Below, in pieces: positions 9,568-18,780 of a stretch of 64,000 nt of DNA. The translations under genes were made by a program, and so were the position numbers. The notes under the pieces are model-generated. The model saw only the letters and a program-made list of their open reading frames with translations. It had not been told where the DNA came from and did not search any database. The first letter of the stretch is position 1, and the number at the start of each line of letters is the position of its first letter. The DNA is from an uncultured bacterium (lineage in GTDB: Bacteria > Babelota > Babeliae > Babelales > Babelaceae), in NCBI GenBank assembly GCA_963713855.1, contig OY970209.1, positions 1,248,001 to 1,312,000 on the forward strand, written 5' to 3'.

Positions 9568-10362
9568 CTATAGCTCATCTTTCTTAAACAAATAATGGAA
9601 ATAGAGGCTCGGGTTATCTAAAAATTTCTTCGTAATTTTATAGTGTTCTGTTTCGGTATAAGAAATAGGGGTCAAAATACTAGAATCGCAGGAGTAAATT
9701 GTGGCGCCGGGATAGGCGAGTAAGAGCGGAGAGTGTGTAGCTATGATAAATTGTGAGTGAAAGTCTGTACAAAGCTCATGAATGATTGAAAGCAGTACTA
9801 ATTGGCGTTGAGGCGAAAGCGCCGCTTCAGGTTCGTCAAATATAAAAAAACCTTGAGCACCAACTCTGCTTTTAAAAAACGACAAAAAACTTTCGCCGTG
9901 GGATTGTTCATGGAGCGATTCGCCGCCATAGGGGCCATAAGCAAAACCTCCGCATTCGAGCTCCAAATAGTCGACGTAATTAGCAACGTTAAAAAAGCTT
10001 TCTGCTCTAAAAAAATAGCCATTCGTTGGCTTTTGCCGCCAGGAAAGTGTCAAGCAATCAGCAAGCTTTGAGGATGCGTTTTCGGTATTTCCGTGGGAGG
10101 TTTTAAAGTTAATGTTCTTGCTTCCACCCTCTGGACCAAAACCAACTTTGTGCGCAATCGCTTCTAGGATGGTTGATTTTCCTGTTCCATTTTCACCAAC
10201 AAAAAAGGTCACCTGAGTAGGAAATTCAATGCTTTTAAGACTTTTAACTGTATTCAAGCAAAAGGGATAGCTCTCAAGATTAACGGTGGGTAAAAATTGG
10301 ACGCACAATTTATCTAGTAGCGGACCGTCCCGAAAAATATATCTGTTTGACACTTTCTTCAT
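9568..10362 (-). CDS. Predicted ABC/AAA-type ATPase (COG3910-like)
   Basis: GENGTGKST, FFRAESF, SHGESF, DEPEAALSPQRQ, IIATHSP. Probable start MKKVSNRY. Confidence 0.88.
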   Translation of the reverse strand: MKKVSNRYIFRDGPLLDKLCVQFLPTVNLESYPFCLNTVKSLKSIEFPTQVTFFVGENGTGKSTILEAIAHKVGFGPEGGSKNINFKTSHGNTENASSKLADCLTLSWRQKPTNGYFFRAESFFNVANYVDYLELECGGFAYGPYGGESLHEQSHGESFLSFFKSRVGAQGFFIFDEPEAALSPQRQLVLLSIIHELCTDFHSQFIIATHSPLLLAYPGATIYSCDSSILTPISYTETEHYKITKKFLDNPSLYFHYLFKKDEL

Positions 10363-10501
10363 AGAGTTAGCATAAACAGCAATGCACAAAATAGCAATGA
10401 GATTCTCTACCAAAAGCCCTTTCTAGACGCAGCAAGTTGACTTTCATATATTTCTGGGTTAAGTAGCATGGTATGTCTACGCTCAAAAAGGAGAGCTTTC
10501 G

Positions 10502-11332
10502 ATGAAAAAGGTATTTTTAAGCTTTTTACCGTTTTTATTCATCTACACCACTGCCGCCGACGTAAAAAACTACAAAGTTGTTGAGTGCAAACTGAAGGCA
10601 ACTGTGCGAAAGACGAGAGATAGAAAAAATACTGGGCATCCTAAGCATACCCATCCCCATCTTCCTTACAAAGAGGGAACGAGCACTAACTGGTCAGGCT
10701 ATATAGCTGCAACCAATCTGACAAACCCAACGTTGAAATCAGTAAAAAGTGTTTTCGGTTCTTGGACGGTGCCTTCAGTAAGCGCATCAGCTCATAACAC
10801 TTATTGCGCTATCTGGATTGGTATAGATGGCTATACAAACGGATCTGTCGAGCAAATTGGCACTTCGCATGAATGGGTACAAGGGCGTCAAGTCGATTCA
10901 GCATGGTTTGAGATGTACCCAAACTTTTCGTACGAGATTACGGGCTTTCCTCTCAAAAAAGGTGATTTAATTGGCGCATCAGTAGTGTATTTGGGAAATA
11001 ATACCTTTCAACTATCCCTCTTTAATCACACAAGAAAAGTGCAAACAACGGTACCAACCACTCGCACGAAAGCTTCGTATGCTCAGAGAAATAGCGCTGA
11101 ATGGATAGTAGAAGCACCCTATCTTGATGGCATCTTACCGTTGTCACACTTTGGCAATGTTACGTTTTCAAACTGCCTTGCAAACATAGATGGCACGCTT
11201 GGTCCGATAGTGAACAAAAAATGGAAAGATACCACACTTACCATGGTAACAAATACGGGTATTGATAAAGCGACCGTTTCGAAATTGTCAGCAAACGGCA
11301 AAGGCTTTGAAGTTTCTTGGAGACATGAGTGA
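10502..11332 (+). CDS. Secreted glutamic peptidase, family G1 (eqolisin-like)
   Basis: Signal peptide and basic propeptide; STNWSGY, WIGIDG, EQIGT (catalytic Gln), AWFEMYP, SAEWIVEAP (catalytic Glu). Confidence 0.88.
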   Translation: MKKVFLSFLPFLFIYTTAADVKNYKVVECKLKATVRKTRDRKNTGHPKHTHPHLPYKEGTSTNWSGYIAATNLTNPTLKSVKSVFGSWTVPSVSASAHNTYCAIWIGIDGYTNGSVEQIGTSHEWVQGRQVDSAWFEMYPNFSYEITGFPLKKGDLIGASVVYLGNNTFQLSLFNHTRKVQTTVPTTRTKASYAQRNSAEWIVEAPYLDGILPLSHFGNVTFSNCLANIDGTLGPIVNKKWKDTTLTMVTNTGIDKATVSKLSANGKGFEVSWRHE

Positions 11333-11351
11333 AGTGAAAACATCTTCCGGC

Positions 11352-12308
11352 CTAAGTACCTAAACCAAGCTTTTTTCGTAAATGTCCAAGATAGCGAGCA
11401 CCATCAAGGTTGACGATTTTTAAGGAAAATTTGGTAAAGTGGCGAATACTCACCACGTCATCTTGTTCTAATGCGATGCTTTCTTGCCCGTCTAACGACA
11501 AAAATGCGCTCTTTGGGATACGTCTTAATTTGAGCTCGATGTTGCTATCTAATGTAACCACTAAAGGTCGCTGTGTAAGCGTATGTGGAGCTAAAGGTGT
11601 TAAAACAACCGCTTTGACAGCGGGTGCTATAAGAGGCCCTCCTGCTGAAAGAGAGTAAGCGGTTGATCCTGTGGGCGTGCTTACAATAATGCCGTCACCT
11701 AAGGTCGTATAAGCACTTTGACCATTCAGAGAGACATCAACTCCAACCATACGCAACGCCTCACCACGAGATATAACGACATCGTTGACAGCCAACCCTG
11801 CAAAAATCTTTCTTTTACCACGAGTCATTAGAACATGAAGAAAAGGACGCTCAGAAACGTAGAACGAATTTCCTTCAAGAATGTTTTTTAGCATTTCAAC
11901 TGCATGGTAGGGTTCAATCTCTGTCAAAAAACCGAGATGGCCCATATTAATGCCCAAAATAGGTACGCTGTGCTTTTTCATGCGGTGAGCAACATCTAAA
12001 AGAGTTCCATCACCCCCTATTGAGATAATAAGGTCTACAGAGCTTGATAAAAAATCTTTAGAAACGGTGCGTGCATGCTTATATTGTTGAGTTAAGTTGC
12101 TTTCTTTCGTAAAAAAAGGAATACCTCCTTTTTTGCTAATACATTGAGCTAGCTCAAGCGCTAACATTTCTGCTTTAGAGTCGTTCTCTTTAATAGAAAA
12201 ACCGATACGATGGGGTATGCTTTTTACCTCTTTAAGATTGATAAGAGATTGTATACCATACACTTTAATGAAAATAAGGGACAAGAGAAAGAACTTTTTA
12301 CACAACAT
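11352..12308 (-). CDS. nadK: NAD+ kinase with N-terminal signal-peptide-like extension
   Basis: GGDGTLL, GINMGHLGFL, AVND, DGIIVSTPTGSTAYSLSAGGP. Confidence 0.92.
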   Translation of the reverse strand: MLCKKFFLLSLIFIKVYGIQSLINLKEVKSIPHRIGFSIKENDSKAEMLALELAQCISKKGGIPFFTKESNLTQQYKHARTVSKDFLSSSVDLIISIGGDGTLLDVAHRMKKHSVPILGINMGHLGFLTEIEPYHAVEMLKNILEGNSFYVSERPFLHVLMTRGKRKIFAGLAVNDVVISRGEALRMVGVDVSLNGQSAYTTLGDGIIVSTPTGSTAYSLSAGGPLIAPAVKAVVLTPLAPHTLTQRPLVVTLDSNIELKLRRIPKSAFLSLDGQESIALEQDDVVSIRHFTKFSLKIVNLDGARYLGHLRKKLGLGT

Positions 12309-12409
12309 ACCAAAGCTCCAAAAAAACAGAGGCTGACCTCATTATCTTTAGCTTAAGGAAAAATTTTGGATGTTGTACAGTAAAACCGTTAAGCCGGTGC
12401 AATAAATTA

Positions 12410-13000
12410 TTACAATGTCTCTGATATCAATATTCCCCGCTCCAATAGGATATGTACACATTCAATAATCTCTTCAGCTTTGGTAAACGAGGTCTTGTCA
12501 TCAACCTTTGCTATCAAAGATACATAAAGCCCATAAAAATAATAAGCGAGCAAGAACATAATTCCAGCTCCAAACGCAGCGCCCATGGCTTTGAAGCCCG
12601 ATGACCTATTCCAACCGCACAATAGCAGAGTTCCTATAAGAGAAATCGTGACAGAACTGATAGCAAATTCTGAGGCACCTCTTTTTTCTCTCTCCATTCT
12701 TTGTAGCTCTAAGTGAAGAAATCTTTCAACTCGATACCGCAATAGAGGATCCGATACTAAAAGCTCTTCTAATTCAGGTAGTGAAAACTGATTTGAATAG
12801 CAGCGGTTTTCACGTCTAAGCCTAATAATCAATTTTGCAAGAAACGAATCTAAATCGTCCGCACCGATCTTTTCGCCTTTTAAGCCTAAATTTGACCATA
12901 GTGATTGCTCAAAACAGCTATCGTCAGAGTCTTGAGCACAAAGATTTAAATACGAAGAACCGTAAAACAGAACAAGCAAAAGAATGCTTTTGTTCCACAC
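12410..13000 (-). CDS. Tandem-array paralog 1: signal peptide plus two-TM hairpin protein
   Basis: GTG start with AGGAG RBS; bilobed hydrophobic region; C-terminal F...EEIIEC..ILL motif shared with neighbours. Confidence 0.75.
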   Translation of the reverse strand: MWNKSILLLVLFYGSSYLNLCAQDSDDSCFEQSLWSNLGLKGEKIGADDLDSFLAKLIIRLRRENRCYSNQFSLPELEELLVSDPLLRYRVERFLHLELQRMEREKRGASEFAISSVTISLIGTLLLCGWNRSSGFKAMGAAFGAGIMFLLAYYFYGLYVSLIAKVDDKTSFTKAEEIIECVHILLERGILISETL

Positions 13001-13036
13001 GAGGTAACTCCTTAAAAAGGGGTGCTAAAGTTCTAC

Positions 13037-13630
13037 TTAAGCCGCGTGAGAAGTCGCTATAATTTCCAACTCCTCAGCTCCTTTTAAAAGTTTTTCCAAG
13101 CACTGTATCACTTCGGTCTCACTTTTAAAAGGCTCATCATGTGAAAGGAAGAAGGTCACGTGATTGTATAAGTCAGCCGACATCACGAGAGCCCCCGTAA
13201 GTGGTATAGTGCTTATAGCGCCTAGGATAGTACTTATAACACCTGATCTTCTAGATCCCAGATAAAAGAGTGTTGCGAACAAAACATATGCCACAACGGG
13301 AGCTGTACCCATGTAAAAAAAGCTGTTTATTTCCTCATTCTCAGCTTTTTTGCTTTTGCTCATAGCAGACGCAATTGCTTCATCAAGGTGAGGAGAATCC
13401 AACAGGCTTTTTAAAATATCAACGGATAAATTGGACCTACAATCATGAAAAATTTGTTTTTCGAAAAACAGATCCATGAGATGGGCAGCTAGCTCATCGG
13501 CATTCATGTGGTCTGCAAATTGGTAAAATGTGCTCGCTTCTTTTACGCTATGATCGTCAATTTGCGCGTGTGAACTTACAAATGAGCAACTTGCTAAAAT
13601 GATGCTCATGATGAAAGAAATTTTGTACAT
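13037..13630 (-). CDS. Tandem-array paralog 2
   Basis: AGGAG RBS; same architecture; F...TEVIQC..KLL motif. Confidence 0.75.
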   Translation of the reverse strand: MYKISFIMSIILASCSFVSSHAQIDDHSVKEASTFYQFADHMNADELAAHLMDLFFEKQIFHDCRSNLSVDILKSLLDSPHLDEAIASAMSKSKKAENEEINSFFYMGTAPVVAYVLFATLFYLGSRRSGVISTILGAISTIPLTGALVMSADLYNHVTFFLSHDEPFKSETEVIQCLEKLLKGAEELEIIATSHAA

Positions 13631-13770
13631 ACCCTGACTCCTTCGAGGCGGTGAACAATTAATTATAGGTAATCTTTATCATATTTGACACGCTGCCCAC
13701 TTTTCTAAAAAAACCGTAAAAAGCGACATCTAACTCAGTAATTTGCTTTTTTCATAGTTCATTGGACAAA

Positions 13771-14376
13771 TCATGCATTATCTATTGCTTCAGCATCTTC
13801 ACTTTCTTTTAAAAGCTCTTGAAAGCACTCAATAATCTCTCCAGTCTCACTGAATCGCGTATTTTCATCAATTGTTGGCTTAAATAAAAAGCTCATATAA
13901 AACGCAAGAGCGGCTATACCTGCTGCTCCAGAAAATGATCCACAGGCTGCAGATGCGACACCCGAGCGTTTGGCCGCCAAATAGAAAAATAGCCCACTTA
14001 AAAGCGCCGATGCCAGCGCCGTTGAGCCGATTCCCATTGTGAATACTTTAGCTCTTCCCTTTCTTTTTGCTTCTTCTAAAAGGGCTCTTTCAACTCGATC
14101 CTTCAAGTTATTCGACTTTAGTAGCTTTTTTACGTCATCTTTTTCGAACTGACTTACATAGCAAGATTCAAACCTTTGGATTCTTCTTATCCAATCTTCA
14201 AGTTCCCAATCTAAGGTATCCGCATCGCTATCATTCTTTTGCAAGTTTAAAAATGACCACATAAACTCGCTTAACCTAAAAGGCTTTTTGATTGGCTCTT
14301 CAGTTTCTTTAGCGAGAATATTTACGCACACAAAACTGAGCAAAATAGCAAAAAAAAATGTACTTTTTTTCAACAC
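13771..14376 (-). CDS. Tandem-array paralog 3
   Basis: AGGAG RBS; same architecture; F...GEIIEC..ELL motif. Confidence 0.75.
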   Translation of the reverse strand: MLKKSTFFFAILLSFVCVNILAKETEEPIKKPFRLSEFMWSFLNLQKNDSDADTLDWELEDWIRRIQRFESCYVSQFEKDDVKKLLKSNNLKDRVERALLEEAKRKGRAKVFTMGIGSTALASALLSGLFFYLAAKRSGVASAACGSFSGAAGIAALAFYMSFLFKPTIDENTRFSETGEIIECFQELLKESEDAEAIDNA

Positions 14377-14463
14377 GATAACTCCTATAAAGCAAAAATA
14401 ACTAAAGACTCAATTTATATAAATATAGCCTAAAAACAAGTTATTTTTTGATTATATAAAAGC

Positions 14464-15045
14464 CTATTTTCGCACTTGCTTAGAGTGTTCTTTATAAAGA
14501 ATATGTACAAGCTCAATGATCTCGTTCTGATTTTCAAAAGAATCTCCACTTAATATAGTAAGAAGTTTTTTACTAAATTCATAAGCTTCCCCATAAGACG
14601 TTAACATAGTAAGCACGCTTATAACGAATAACGAATACCGTTGAAATCCTGTTACTTTAGCCGCAACGATGAGAACATTAGCTGAAAAAAGCATCATCCC
14701 TGTTTGCGCAACCGCATCGCCGAACACGAAGAGCAGTTGCTTAAAGTGCTCTTTTGACTCTTCCCGTAGCGCTCTTTGCACTACTGCCTCAAGATTTTCA
14801 AAATCTACTAAATCTTTTAAATCTTCAGGTAGTATGGCTTCAGCCAGTGGTGCGCCATTTCTTTTCACCCGGATTAAGTCTTCGATGGCCCTTTCTAAAT
14901 AACCTTCGCAATCACTATAATCACGCTGCAAGCCCAGATAGGGCCATGGATCAAAGCTACCTCTATTATTTTTTGCCTTAGAGCACGTACCGGCAAAGAA
15001 AGCCGTCAACAAAATGTATAAAAAGGCAAATCTTCTTATCACCAA
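14464..15045 (-). CDS. Tandem-array paralog 4
   Basis: Same architecture; W.YLGLQ and F...NEIIEL..IL motifs. Confidence 0.7.
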   Translation of the reverse strand: MVIRRFAFLYILLTAFFAGTCSKAKNNRGSFDPWPYLGLQRDYSDCEGYLERAIEDLIRVKRNGAPLAEAILPEDLKDLVDFENLEAVVQRALREESKEHFKQLLFVFGDAVAQTGMMLFSANVLIVAAKVTGFQRYSLFVISVLTMLTSYGEAYEFSKKLLTILSGDSFENQNEIIELVHILYKEHSKQVRK

Positions 15046-15055
15046 AGAAAATACC

Positions 15056-15673
15056 CTAATTTAAAAATTCACCTTCTGATTGCACTGTCTCGGCTAAATT
15101 TTGAGCTTCTTTTAGAAGTTTCCGGAGACATTCTATTACTTCATCCGAGCTAGAAAAAGGCTTATCGAGTGAAAGCTGATAGTCCACTTGTTCGTACAAA
15201 TTAAAACTTTGGACTAGAGCGATCGCCATGGGTATTACACCGGCTGCTCCTAAGCTAGTACTTGCTAAACCTGCTGTCTTGGATCCTAAAATAAAGCACG
15301 CAGCACCCACTATATATACTCCAAGAATAATGCTTCCAGAAGTAAAAAAGCCCCATATTTTTTCTTTTTCTTCTTTTTCAGCCTCTTTTAACGCTAATGC
15401 GATTCCAAGACCTAGATGATCAGAGTTCAAGACGCGTTTTAGATCTTAACTTTCTAACTCTGAATAACATTCTTTAAAAAGTCGCTTATTTTCAAGTACA
15501 TGCCGAAGATGTAAAACAAGCACATCCAAAGTCCAGCTATCTGTATTCTGATGATTAGAAATGCGGTAAGTTCCTTCTACTTCACCGTCTGTGGAGGTGT
15601 TTGCTTGTAAAGTTAAAAATGAGCAACTTGCTAAAATGATGCTGATATAAAAAAAGATCTTGTAACGTAACAT
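15056..15673 (-). pseudogene. Tandem-array paralog 5 interrupted by a single in-frame TAA
   Basis: ORFs 15446-15694 and 15056-15430 are in the same frame: ...ELES*DLKRVLNSDHL... The joined product aligns with paralog 2. Confidence 0.8.
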
Positions 15674-16135
15674 GTAACTAACTCCTTTAGGCAATATGAT
15701 TTTGATAATCTTACCGTATTGCCGGGTAAAAACAAGCGCAAAACCGTGAGGCTTATTGCGTAAAAAAATCTATCGGTATTAGATAGCAGTAGTTACAACT
15801 TCTTTATTCAGTAACGCGATTACTTATACTCCAAAAATGGAAATATAACAAAGAAGCCGATCTTTTACGGATTTCACGCGTCAGATCCAACATATCCCTA
15901 AACCCCCCTTCAAAGCATTAACAAAAGACCCGAAATGATGCAAGAAAAATAAAATAGCATTTTAAAGTTCACAATAGTAATAATGAAAGCGGAGATTTTA
16001 AACGAATGCGTTCGAAATTTACTGCTCAAATAAGGCTCTATAATTTTTACGTTACTAGTTGACAAAATTTAAGCATTTTAATAATGTTATTGCAGGTTTT
16101 TTAAATACTCAATTTTACAGCTAAGTTCGATTACT

Positions 16136-17221
16136 ATGACAAAGCATATTCTTTTACTTTTTTTCTTAATGCCTTTTTTTGTATATGGTATGGAAGAACG
16201 AAACACGCCCGGAACTAACTCTCTTCCATCGCCGATAGCATTCTCGCAAGATGGGCGCGCGCTTACTCCAGAAGAACTTCTTACCAATCAGATGCTCGCA
16301 GCAGCTCATGCGAATGCACCAACAGCATTTTTTATGCAGCTTATTCTCCAGGGCGGACCTTTTAGCGATTTAAATAGGGAGCTATTACTGCAAAGCATGT
16401 CTCCCATCGAAAACTTTGGCTCAGGCAACGAAGATATTCACTATGACCCATGCATTTTTCTGTGGTTTCTTTTAAGATGTGATGTATCCAAAAAAAGTAA
16501 ACACAGGCTCGTTTGCAGTCTACGTCGTATGTTTGTCGCGCCCACCGGTGAAAAAACATGCTTCGATGAAAGACTTGGCATTCTGCTAAAAACGCTTATT
16601 TTTGGCGATGCGTCCGTGCGCGAAGAAAGGCTTATGCATTTAAAAGAAAGCTTTGCAAATGGTTTATTATCAGAACTTGAAAAGAGAGAAATTCAAGAAT
16701 CATTTATTTACGCAGTTTCTCACGGCAAAATTAGCATGGCTCTCACTCTTTTATTGGAGTTTCCAGGAATTCTCACACAAGAAATACTTTTGGAGGCGCT
16801 GCAAGCTGCGACTCTTAAAAACGAACCAGAGATTTTTGCAGCTATAATTGAAAGCGGACTTCTTACAGGAGAAAATCTGAGATCAGCTTTAGTCGACAGC
16901 CTCATGCTATCTGGCGCTCTATTACATACGCCCATCTTTAACTCTGTACTACATTTTGAAAGAGCTAACATAGGCAACCTTGTTATTGAGCCTGTCACAA
17001 ATCACATAGGCACGCTTTTAAACAGCGGTTTTTCTGAGGACATAAATACACAGTATGGGCAGCTGATAACGGTCCTTGAACATCATGTCCATGAAAGAAG
17101 TATCCAAGCAAGCGCGGAATTACTGCAATCATTTTTAGCTCAACAAGAACCAGGAATACCGTTAGCAGGAGAGCTCATACTCGTTCAATTGTTTCAAAAC
17201 GCAATTGGCAAAGGAGTTTAG
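16136..17221 (+). CDS. Secreted helical protein with degenerate ankyrin-like repeats
   Basis: Signal peptide ending VYG-ME; FIYAVSHGK, ALQAATLKN repeats; similar to 42258-43262. Confidence 0.65.
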   Translation: MTKHILLLFFLMPFFVYGMEERNTPGTNSLPSPIAFSQDGRALTPEELLTNQMLAAAHANAPTAFFMQLILQGGPFSDLNRELLLQSMSPIENFGSGNEDIHYDPCIFLWFLLRCDVSKKSKHRLVCSLRRMFVAPTGEKTCFDERLGILLKTLIFGDASVREERLMHLKESFANGLLSELEKREIQESFIYAVSHGKISMALTLLLEFPGILTQEILLEALQAATLKNEPEIFAAIIESGLLTGENLRSALVDSLMLSGALLHTPIFNSVLHFERANIGNLVIEPVTNHIGTLLNSGFSEDINTQYGQLITVLEHHVHERSIQASAELLQSFLAQQEPGIPLAGELILVQLFQNAIGKGV

Positions 17222-17222
17222 C

Positions 17223-17633
17223 TCAGTCACCAAATACTTGCTTATGCCAATATGCTTTTTTACCTTCGTAAAACCATTTTTTGTTATTTTTGGTCATAAA
17301 TCTTTTAAGTTGCTTCATGTCTATTTTGTAACGGTAGAATAAAGCAAGTAGATCCCTCAGATCAGCATCAAGAAGTTCATCTCTCGTTACAATGAGATGT
17401 ATTGCGTCCTTAACGCCTTTAACATTGGCAATATAAGCGCCGTGTCTTAACCACTCGAAAAAAGCGATTTCGTCAACTGGTGAATAGAATATCACCCTCT
17501 TACAAATAAGAGTATTCTTATCGGTCTTTGTTGCATTCTCCTCAGCTTCATTCTGAGGATAGACGTTGTGGTGACGGCCTGAAGGATGAACAACATCCCA
17601 ATGAGGAGTATAGTAATTTTTATTCTTGTTCAT
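17223..17633 (-). CDS. Orphan immunity-like protein with N-terminal toxin-tail remnant
   Basis: Last gene of toxin operon. N-terminal PHWDVVHPSGRHHNVYP resembles a polymorphic RNase toxin C-terminus; body contains FYS..DE.AFFEWL...FYRYKIDMKQL. Confidence 0.55.
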   Translation of the reverse strand: MNKNKNYYTPHWDVVHPSGRHHNVYPQNEAEENATKTDKNTLICKRVIFYSPVDEIAFFEWLRHGAYIANVKGVKDAIHLIVTRDELLDADLRDLLALFYRYKIDMKQLKRFMTKNNKKWFYEGKKAYWHKQVFGD

Positions 17634-17664
17634 ATGAATGATAGCTCCTGCTCCATAGTTTCAT

Positions 17665-17859
17665 TCACTTTTTACCTTCGATAGCTTTAATGATACTTGC
17701 TACAACTATGTCTTGAGCCGTGGTAAGCTCTATATCTTTATTAGCAATAAGCTCTTCTATTTCTTTTTCAACAATAGGCCAAAGTGGATAGGATTTATAA
17801 TATGCTATACGTTCTTGATAAGTCATGTGCTTATTTTTTGATTTCACTTTTGCTTTCAT
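17665..17859 (-). CDS. Small hypothetical protein in toxin/immunity cluster
   Basis: Co-oriented, tightly packed ORF; start uncertain. Confidence 0.45.
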   Translation of the reverse strand: MKAKVKSKNKHMTYQERIAYYKSYPLWPIVEKEIEELIANKDIELTTAQDIVVASIIKAIEGKK

Positions 17860-17873
17860 CGATTTGAAGCTTT

Positions 17874-18269
17874 TTAGTCGCCATACCAAAAGCCATGACT
17901 AATAGTGCCACCCATGCCCTTGGCTTTTGCCTTTTGCTCAGGCGATAGACCCAGGAAATATATTCCTTCCCCTCTTTCCAAAGCTTTGCTCATATTTTTT
18001 TGCCAGTCCTTATAGATTTTGCCTTCAGGAATGATTCTTTGAGAAAATTCAAATAAAGCTTCATAAAAATAGGGAAGCGACGAAATTTCTTGTAAAGTAT
18101 CACATACTTCGATGCTTTCAACAGCAACTATTCCAAATTTTGACAAATGTTTTGTAACTATATCGAGAAGTGGCTGCGGATCTACACGATTAAAAATTCG
18201 ACCCCACGTTATGAACCCTACTATGCCAAAGGTCTTGTCCACTATCTTAATGCCAACTAAATCTTCCAT
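17874..18269 (-). CDS. Putative orphan immunity protein
   Basis: 131 aa, co-oriented directly downstream of the CdiI-like gene; assignment is from context only. Confidence 0.5.
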   Translation of the reverse strand: MEDLVGIKIVDKTFGIVGFITWGRIFNRVDPQPLLDIVTKHLSKFGIVAVESIEVCDTLQEISSLPYFYEALFEFSQRIIPEGKIYKDWQKNMSKALERGEGIYFLGLSPEQKAKAKGMGGTISHGFWYGD

Positions 18270-18309
18270 CGATTCTCAATAAATCTTCATTATATCGATA
18301 AAAACGATT

Positions 18310-18780
18310 TTATTCTGCACATAGTAGTCCACTGTTCAAGTCTTCTAATTTTACAACCCATTCAGAAATTTTTCCCTCTTGCCCGAGATGGTATTTTGGC
18401 CCAATAAAGCTATAGCAATCGTCGACGGTAAAAGCACCTGGAGCTATTGTTTCTCTAAGAAGTTCTGAAACTAAGATTTGATTATGGAGGATGATTTTAT
18501 CGTTTTCCCTATACAGGGTCCACCAGTTAATAAAAGGTCTTTCTATCCCCGGCACCATATTAGGATTTTGCACTGTAGTCACTAGGCACGATGTTGGTAA
18601 CTTTTTTATCCTCTCAAGCCCTTCATGCCACTGTCTCTTATAATCTCCCAAGCTCCATTGAGCAACAGACATGACAAACTTTTCTTCAAAGTCGTTAATT
18701 TGTATTCTGCCCCAATAGCTAAGTAAACCATTTATTTTCTTCGGCTTATCGCTAACTACTTGTATTAATAGGCCTTTCAT
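18310..18780 (-). CDS. CdiI (Enterobacter cloacae type)-like immunity protein
   Basis: I.INDFEE.F.M....WS..DYKRQW..GL, SCLVT, FINWWTLYRE.DKI..HNQI, EG.ISEW pattern. Start overlaps toxin stop (TAATG). Confidence 0.8.
   Translation of the reverse strand: MKGLLIQVVSDKPKKINGLLSYWGRIQINDFEEKFVMSVAQWSLGDYKRQWHEGLERIKKLPTSCLVTTVQNPNMVPGIERPFINWWTLYRENDKIILHNQILVSELLRETIAPGAFTVDDCYSFIGPKYHLGQEGKISEWVVKLEDLNSGLLCAE

Noticed and set aside
9568..9582. C-terminal KDEL on the ATPase
   Set aside because: Cytoplasmic bacterial ATPase family with no convincing signal peptide; likely chance.
15800..15975. Short minus-strand ORF-like traces upstream of the paralog array (possible sixth member)
   Set aside because: Too short, with no recognisable family motif.
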